From an uncultured Verrucomicrobiae bacterium (GTDB lineage: Bacteria > Verrucomicrobiota > Verrucomicrobiia > Chthoniobacterales > JAFAMB01): a stretch of 64,000 nt of DNA. Within the stretch, counting starts at the first letter, position 1. Every line of letters starts with the position of its first letter. The DNA lies in assembly GCA_963762565.1 (NCBI GenBank), contig CAVXLD010000005.1, positions 320,001-384,000 of the forward strand, read 5' to 3'. The translations under genes and the position numbers were made by a program. Shown here piece after piece: positions 59,233 through 64,000 of the stretch. The notes under the pieces were generated by a model. It was not told where the DNA came from. It searched no databases and worked only from the letters and a program-made list of their open reading frames with translations.

Positions 59233-62034
59233 GTGCCTACTGACGTTTCCGTCCAACTTTTCAACCATGTCGACGACGCCTGGTCTGACGGACTGCGTGA
59301 CTGGTTAGACACAGGGTCCGAAGCAGCGTTGTCCGGTGAGAAAGTCTGGATGGTTTGCCGTTCGTTCGTCCAGGCAAATTGGTTACGCCGGCGCTTCCTG
59401 GAAGCGAACCAGACGTTGATGGGGGTCCGCTTTCTCGATCTACGGCGGCTCCGGCGCGAGCTCTGTTTGCGCGCGAGCCTCCCAACACCTTCTTTCGGCC
59501 GGGAAACATTGAGTCTGATCCTGCGAGCGAACATGACGGAGGCGGAAGCTGCATCGGCCTATGCCGGACAACTGCTCGATGCATTGGACAATCTTGCGGC
59601 CTGTGGCTGGCTCGACCGGTTTGGCGCCGATGCAGCCATGAATGTTCTCCACGTGACGCAGAGCCTACGGCCGGCGGTGCGTGGGATCATCGACTCAATG
59701 CTTTGGCGTCCACGGGTGGATCAAGCCTTGCTCGAAAAACAAGTCCAGATCCGAGACCTGCGTCTTGGTTTCTTTGGATTGGATGCTCAGTCTCTTGATC
59801 AACAGGCCTTGATCGCGGCGGCGGTATCCGCATCTGAGCAAACCCATTTTTGGATCGCTCAACCACTGGTAGCTCAGGATATTTTCATGCGTTGGATTGA
59901 GCGGCTGGAGACTCTTTTGCCCGCGACGGTCACGGTGGCTGCTAGCGAGGGTAAACCTCGGCCCTATGAGGATGTAGTTAGTCAGTTTGTTTATCCCACC
60001 CAGCCACCGGAGACGCTTCCTCGAGTCGTTCGCGGCGCTCGTTGGTCAGACCAGATCCGCGCGGTGGTCGCTGTCGTCCAAGAGGCATTTAGGCGTGGCT
60101 GCCGGGACGTGGCTATCGCCATTCCCCAAAGCTCACCATCCGGCGCCGCCATAGTCGAGGCTTTGATCGCCGCCGGGATTCCGGTCAGCGACGAGTTTCG
60201 CTCAAATGCGATCCTGGCTTTCTCGGAAAGAGTTCATCGTTGGTTAGCCGATTGGGTGGCCGGTCCGCGAACCCCAGAAAAGCTACTGCATTTGTTTGGC
60301 TTGCTCGCGCACGGACCGGAGAGTTACGGACGCTTTCGTAAGTATCTGTTAAAACAGTTTGATGACCGGCAGACACGCTTAGTTGCGGAGCTCGTGCCGG
60401 CCGACGGCGGCTATCTTTGGATCCGGGAACTAGTGGAATTCGGGCCGGACTGGCCGCCAAACGGGTCCTGGAAACAGCTGGATGCTAAATGGTCTGAAAC
60501 ACTTACCCGGTTTCAAGAATTCCTAAATCAGCATCGATCTTTTTTACGAGCGGCGCGCATCTCTCTCGAACCCTTACAACCAAATTGGGATGAAATTCAA
60601 AACGCGCTCGGAGACTTGGTCATTTCATCGAGCCTTTTTCTCCGGTTCGTGTCGGATTCTCTTTCGGGGCCAAGCCGGGTCGGGCATCCGGAAGCATCGC
60701 ACCGTTATGCTCCCGTCGTAGTCAGTACACCGGAACAACTTCACGCGACCAGCTGGGACGCCGTGGTTTTGGTTGATGGGATCGGCGATCTCTGGACGCG
60801 TCCGGTTGAACAGGATTCATTGCTTAATCAGGAATTCAGAGCCCAAACCCGCGATGAAGGATTCCTGCTGCCAACGATTCAGGATCAGGCATCGCTCCGG
60901 GAAGACGCCATTCTCCAACTAATTCAGCATGGACGCTCTTCCGTAACGGTTTGCGGGTACGCGAAAGAGGAGAGCGGTGAAGAAGTCGACGCGAATCGGT
61001 TTGTAACGTTTCTCGAACACAGCCTGCGCGCTGTCCCAGTCATATTCGAACCCGCTGCCATCGAGCCGAGGATTCTGTATCCATTGCTGGGGAAGATTCG
61101 CCAGGACCGCTGCGATCCGGAACATGGTTTTGACGAGTATCTCTTCGACTTCAGCAGCCTGGATCTGAAGCCGGATGCATGGCCGGCGTCGGAACTACAG
61201 AGAGCAATTGCGGCGCCCGGCACCTTTGCCTTTAGACAATTATTCGGTCTCAGACGGACTTGGGATCGCCGATTTGAACGCGATGGCCGGAGGACATTGG
61301 GAACCACGCTTCACGAGCTCATGAAGGTGATCCTGCGCAATCCGTTCGGAGACTTGTTCAAACAAGGTCTCGCAGATTTGAGCCAGAGTTCCGACTTAAA
61401 AGAGAGCCGCGGACCGAATGCCTTCCGGCACATTACTAAAATCGCGCTGAGATGGAATCTGCCGTCCGAGGATGCTTGGTGGCAATCGATCATCGCGAAA
61501 GCGGCGCACCTGGTTGAAGGGATGTCGCAGAAGCTAATGGAGTGGTTGGCAGACTTTCCTTACGGAATCTCGGAATATTCTTCGGGGGATAAAGTCGTGC
61601 CGGAACTGCAACTGTTTTTGAAAGGCCGCTTTGATCTTTTACTAGCCAATGTTGACCACATTGAGGGGGCCGACATTGTTATAATCGACTTCAAAACCAC
61701 GAACTCGATTCGGCGCTTCAACCCGGATACTGGCGAAGGTTTCCAGATCGTCGCCTACACATTGTTAGCCAAAGTAATGGGCGCGGCGCATTGCGCTCAG
61801 TGCGTGTTCACGCCGGCCAACGCGAAAGAATTAGATCTTAATAAAGGAGCTGACGAGATTGTGGCGAAACTCGACGAATTGTCTTGGATCCAAGAGACGA
61901 ACTGCTTCGGTCACGCTCCGTTGTTAAAGCAGGAATTTGCTATCAACGAAGCGCTGCCTTTAGCGACACTAACTATCCCTGTTTGGGTTTTGAGGAAGAA
62001 ACGGGCGTTGATGCTAGAGGGGATTGTGGATTGA
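59233..62034 (+). CDS. addB: AddB-like protein with C-terminal PD-(D/E)xK nuclease
   Basis: LGTTLHELM, KGRFDLL, IIDFKT, Q...Y; sits upstream of a UvrD-type helicase. Confidence 0.7.
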   Translation: MPTDVSVQLFNHVDDAWSDGLRDWLDTGSEAALSGEKVWMVCRSFVQANWLRRRFLEANQTLMGVRFLDLRRLRRELCLRASLPTPSFGRETLSLILRANMTEAEAASAYAGQLLDALDNLAACGWLDRFGADAAMNVLHVTQSLRPAVRGIIDSMLWRPRVDQALLEKQVQIRDLRLGFFGLDAQSLDQQALIAAAVSASEQTHFWIAQPLVAQDIFMRWIERLETLLPATVTVAASEGKPRPYEDVVSQFVYPTQPPETLPRVVRGARWSDQIRAVVAVVQEAFRRGCRDVAIAIPQSSPSGAAIVEALIAAGIPVSDEFRSNAILAFSERVHRWLADWVAGPRTPEKLLHLFGLLAHGPESYGRFRKYLLKQFDDRQTRLVAELVPADGGYLWIRELVEFGPDWPPNGSWKQLDAKWSETLTRFQEFLNQHRSFLRAARISLEPLQPNWDEIQNALGDLVISSSLFLRFVSDSLSGPSRVGHPEASHRYAPVVVSTPEQLHATSWDAVVLVDGIGDLWTRPVEQDSLLNQEFRAQTRDEGFLLPTIQDQASLREDAILQLIQHGRSSVTVCGYAKEESGEEVDANRFVTFLEHSLRAVPVIFEPAAIEPRILYPLLGKIRQDRCDPEHGFDEYLFDFSSLDLKPDAWPASELQRAIAAPGTFAFRQLFGLRRTWDRRFERDGRRTLGTTLHELMKVILRNPFGDLFKQGLADLSQSSDLKESRGPNAFRHITKIALRWNLPSEDAWWQSIIAKAAHLVEGMSQKLMEWLADFPYGISEYSSGDKVVPELQLFLKGRFDLLLANVDHIEGADIVIIDFKTTNSIRRFNPDTGEGFQIVAYTLLAKVMGAAHCAQCVFTPANAKELDLNKGADEIVAKLDELSWIQETNCFGHAPLLKQEFAINEALPLATLTIPVWVLRKKRALMLEGIVD

Positions 62035-62066
62035 ACCCAAGATATAGAATAACCCGTGACCTCTTA

Positions 62067-62598
62067 ATCGTTCTCGTCCTCGTCGTCGTCCTCGTCCTCG
62101 ATTTTGACCCTGCGTTTTCCACCTCCCATTAACTCACCATTCCACATCATGTTCGACCACGAAAAACTCGACGTCTACCAAATCGAACTGAAATTCCTCG
62201 GTTGGGCAACAGAGTTTTTGGTCGAATTGGCCGAGGTACCGTCTCCTGTAAATAAACGAGAGCTATCCGATCAACTCGATCGTGCGAGTCTTTCCGCGCT
62301 CTTAGACACCGCCGAAGGCAACGGAAGACGTCAGGGCAAACAACGTGCTAAATTCTTCGATGACGCTCGTAGATCAGCATTTGAATGCGCGGCGTGTTTG
62401 GACGCATCGGTGGCGAAGGAATTGTCGACGGTGGAGCGGATTCAGCCCGGCAAAGACCTGTTGCAGCGTATCGTGGCGATGCTGTCGAAACTGGTCGAGA
62501 GGTTCGATCCTGATTCGTACCGCGTGAGGGAAGGTGAAAACGAGCTGGGTGAGGCGGAACCTATCGAGGACGAGGACGACGACGAGGACGAGAACGAT
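62067..62598. mobile_element. Intervening element: perfect 36 bp inverted repeats enclosing a four-helix-bundle gene
   Basis: 62067-62102 is the exact reverse complement of 62563-62598. Confidence 0.8.
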
Positions 62599-62625
62599 AC
62601 GCGAGGGGGCGGGGCACATTCATGA
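62149..62625 (+). CDS. Four-helix-bundle protein (23S rRNA intervening-sequence protein family)
   Basis: MFDHEKLDVYQ, DQLDRASLS...AEG, FF..AR.S..ECAACLD, RIVAMLSKL. Confidence 0.9.
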   Translation: MFDHEKLDVYQIELKFLGWATEFLVELAEVPSPVNKRELSDQLDRASLSALLDTAEGNGRRQGKQRAKFFDDARRSAFECAACLDASVAKELSTVERIQPGKDLLQRIVAMLSKLVERFDPDSYRVREGENELGEAEPIEDEDDDEDENDTRGGGAHS

Positions 62626-64000
62626 GCCTAAAATCCGACCAAGACGCCCGCGATCGTTTTCGCACCGAACTCGACCGAAACTTCTGCGTCGTAGCAGGAG
62701 CAGGATCCGGCAAGACCACAGCCATCGTGGAACGGATCTGCCAATTGGCTTTGCGAGACCGTAGCGCACTCCGGCGCCTAGTGGTGGTCACGTACACGAA
62801 AAGTGCCGCTATCGAATTCAAGTCCCGCTCCCGGCAAAAATTGTTGCGTACGGCTTCGGAACCCGATGCGCTGGATTATCTGCGTGCGCTGGAACAGGCC
62901 TATTTCGGCACGATCCATGGATTCTGCTTCAACTTGATTCGTGAGTTTCGCAGCCGGCTTCTGATTCCGGAACAACCCCGGGTACCGACCGAGGACGAAC
63001 AGAACGTGCTCTGGGAAACCTTTGTGACCGATTCCCGTGAATTGAATGAATTGCTGGAGCACCCAGTCACTCGCTCTTTGCTTAGAGTCTGCACGTTGGC
63101 TGAGCTGTTATATATCGCCAAGAGATTCCGCCCGAGCCTGCCTCGTACCGAGCCGGCCAAACGGATGCCGATTCCAGATGGCGCCCGGACCAGAACGGCT
63201 GTCGTTGCCAAAGGACGATCGGAGAACGTTAAAAAGAGAACCATCGCGTCGTTAGATGCGTTTGCCGCTACCATGTCGGCTGATGCCGGGTTCAGCCTGT
63301 TGCCGGTTTGTGACAGTACCGGGGGAAAACTGATCGAGGCGTTCAAACACGACATGGCGCCGCTGATAAAATGGCTGCAGGAAGGCGCTGAGTGGTTCGC
63401 TGATCGGTTAGCCCGGAGCTTTCGTAACCGCTGCCTGCAAGAAGGCATCTTGAGTTTCAACAACCAGATCGATGTTTGCCTCGAGCTGTTACAACAGTCG
63501 GACATTCTTGATCAACTACGGCGTCGCGAATTCATCGTGATCGTCGATGAAGCCCAGGATACCGACTCGCGCATGTTCCAGATTTTTGTGGAACTAACCA
63601 GATCGCCAAACGAACGCTTTGAGAGCTGGCCCGATGCCGGAAAACCTCCATTACCGGGCAGATTCTGTTTAGTGGGCGATCCGAGGCAAACCATTTTCGA
63701 GAGGGGTATGACCAGCCGGTTCGCTAAACTCTGTAAATATTTCGGAAAGGGCGATGGAGGTGAATTGCTTCGTTTTAATGTCACTTATCGATGCGCGGAA
63801 ACGGTAGCCCGCCGGATCAACGAGTTATTCGCTTCCCATGAAGTCGAAGACGTGCCTTTGGACGATCTGGCTGCTCAGGCCGAAGCACCGCAAGGATCTG
63901 TTGGCCGGTTGCTATTCAATCCAGGGCAACCAATAGACAGTGAAGACGAGATCGAGCCGTTGTTAGTTGAATGCGATGCCGTCGCCCAGTGGTTAGCTCG
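62622..64000 (+). CDS. addA: AddA-like UvrD helicase (partial; runs off the window, absent from the ORF track)
   Basis: MSLKSDQDARDRF..., AGAGSGKT, VTYT..AA.E, GTIHGFC, IVDEAQD, VGDPRQ.I, YRC. Confidence 0.85.
   Translation, partial: MSLKSDQDARDRFRTELDRNFCVVAGAGSGKTTAIVERICQLALRDRSALRRLVVVTYTKSAAIEFKSRSRQKLLRTASEPDALDYLRALEQAYFGTIHGFCFNLIREFRSRLLIPEQPRVPTEDEQNVLWETFVTDSRELNELLEHPVTRSLLRVCTLAELLYIAKRFRPSLPRTEPAKRMPIPDGARTRTAVVAKGRSENVKKRTIASLDAFAATMSADAGFSLLPVCDSTGGKLIEAFKHDMAPLIKWLQEGAEWFADRLARSFRNRCLQEGILSFNNQIDVCLELLQQSDILDQLRRREFIVIVDEAQDTDSRMFQIFVELTRSPNERFESWPDAGKPPLPGRFCLVGDPRQTIFERGMTSRFAKLCKYFGKGDGGELLRFNVTYRCAETVARRINELFASHEVEDVPLDDLAAQAEAPQGSVGRLLFNPGQPIDSEDEIEPLLVECDAVAQWLA

Noticed and set aside
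62149..62625. Diversity-generating retroelement (Avd-like gene)
   Set aside because: No reverse transcriptase and no TR/VR pair differing at adenines was seen in the window.

Overview
A 64 kb, GC-rich bacterial chromosome segment, probably from a soil Verrucomicrobiota/Chthoniobacterales-like organism (inferred from gene content and style only). It holds: an AraC-regulated DUF5107-araF-araG' arabinose-uptake locus; an ArsR/hydrolase/ABM/NIPSNAP cluster; a complete Nit1C nitrilase cluster (nitEF and nitBCDGH) split by a LacI-type regulator, with sigma54-like promoters; a membrane-anchored DUF4062/TIR-like-nSTAND1-TPR protein; a sugar ABC transporter with a xylitol/sorbitol-type dehydrogenase; a degenerate beta-lactamase-fold protein; a sedolisin; a PotABCD-like transporter; an S9 peptidase pseudogene; wzm/wzt; tRNA-Glu; waaA; rsmD; an AsmA-like gene; a DAG kinase; glnE; and addB-[four-helix-bundle]-addA'. 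The most striking feature is non-coding. Many gene junctions (about 20) are filled by long hairpin elements whose arms are inverted arrays of 7-10 nt tandem repeats or REP-like palindromes. These elements are often nested, and they often supply the stop codon or N-terminus of the neighbouring gene. One member, with perfect 36 bp arms, encloses a 23S-IVS-type four-helix-bundle gene between addB and addA; an empty copy with identical arms lies at 6359-6511. All product calls come from motif recognition; no searches were run.
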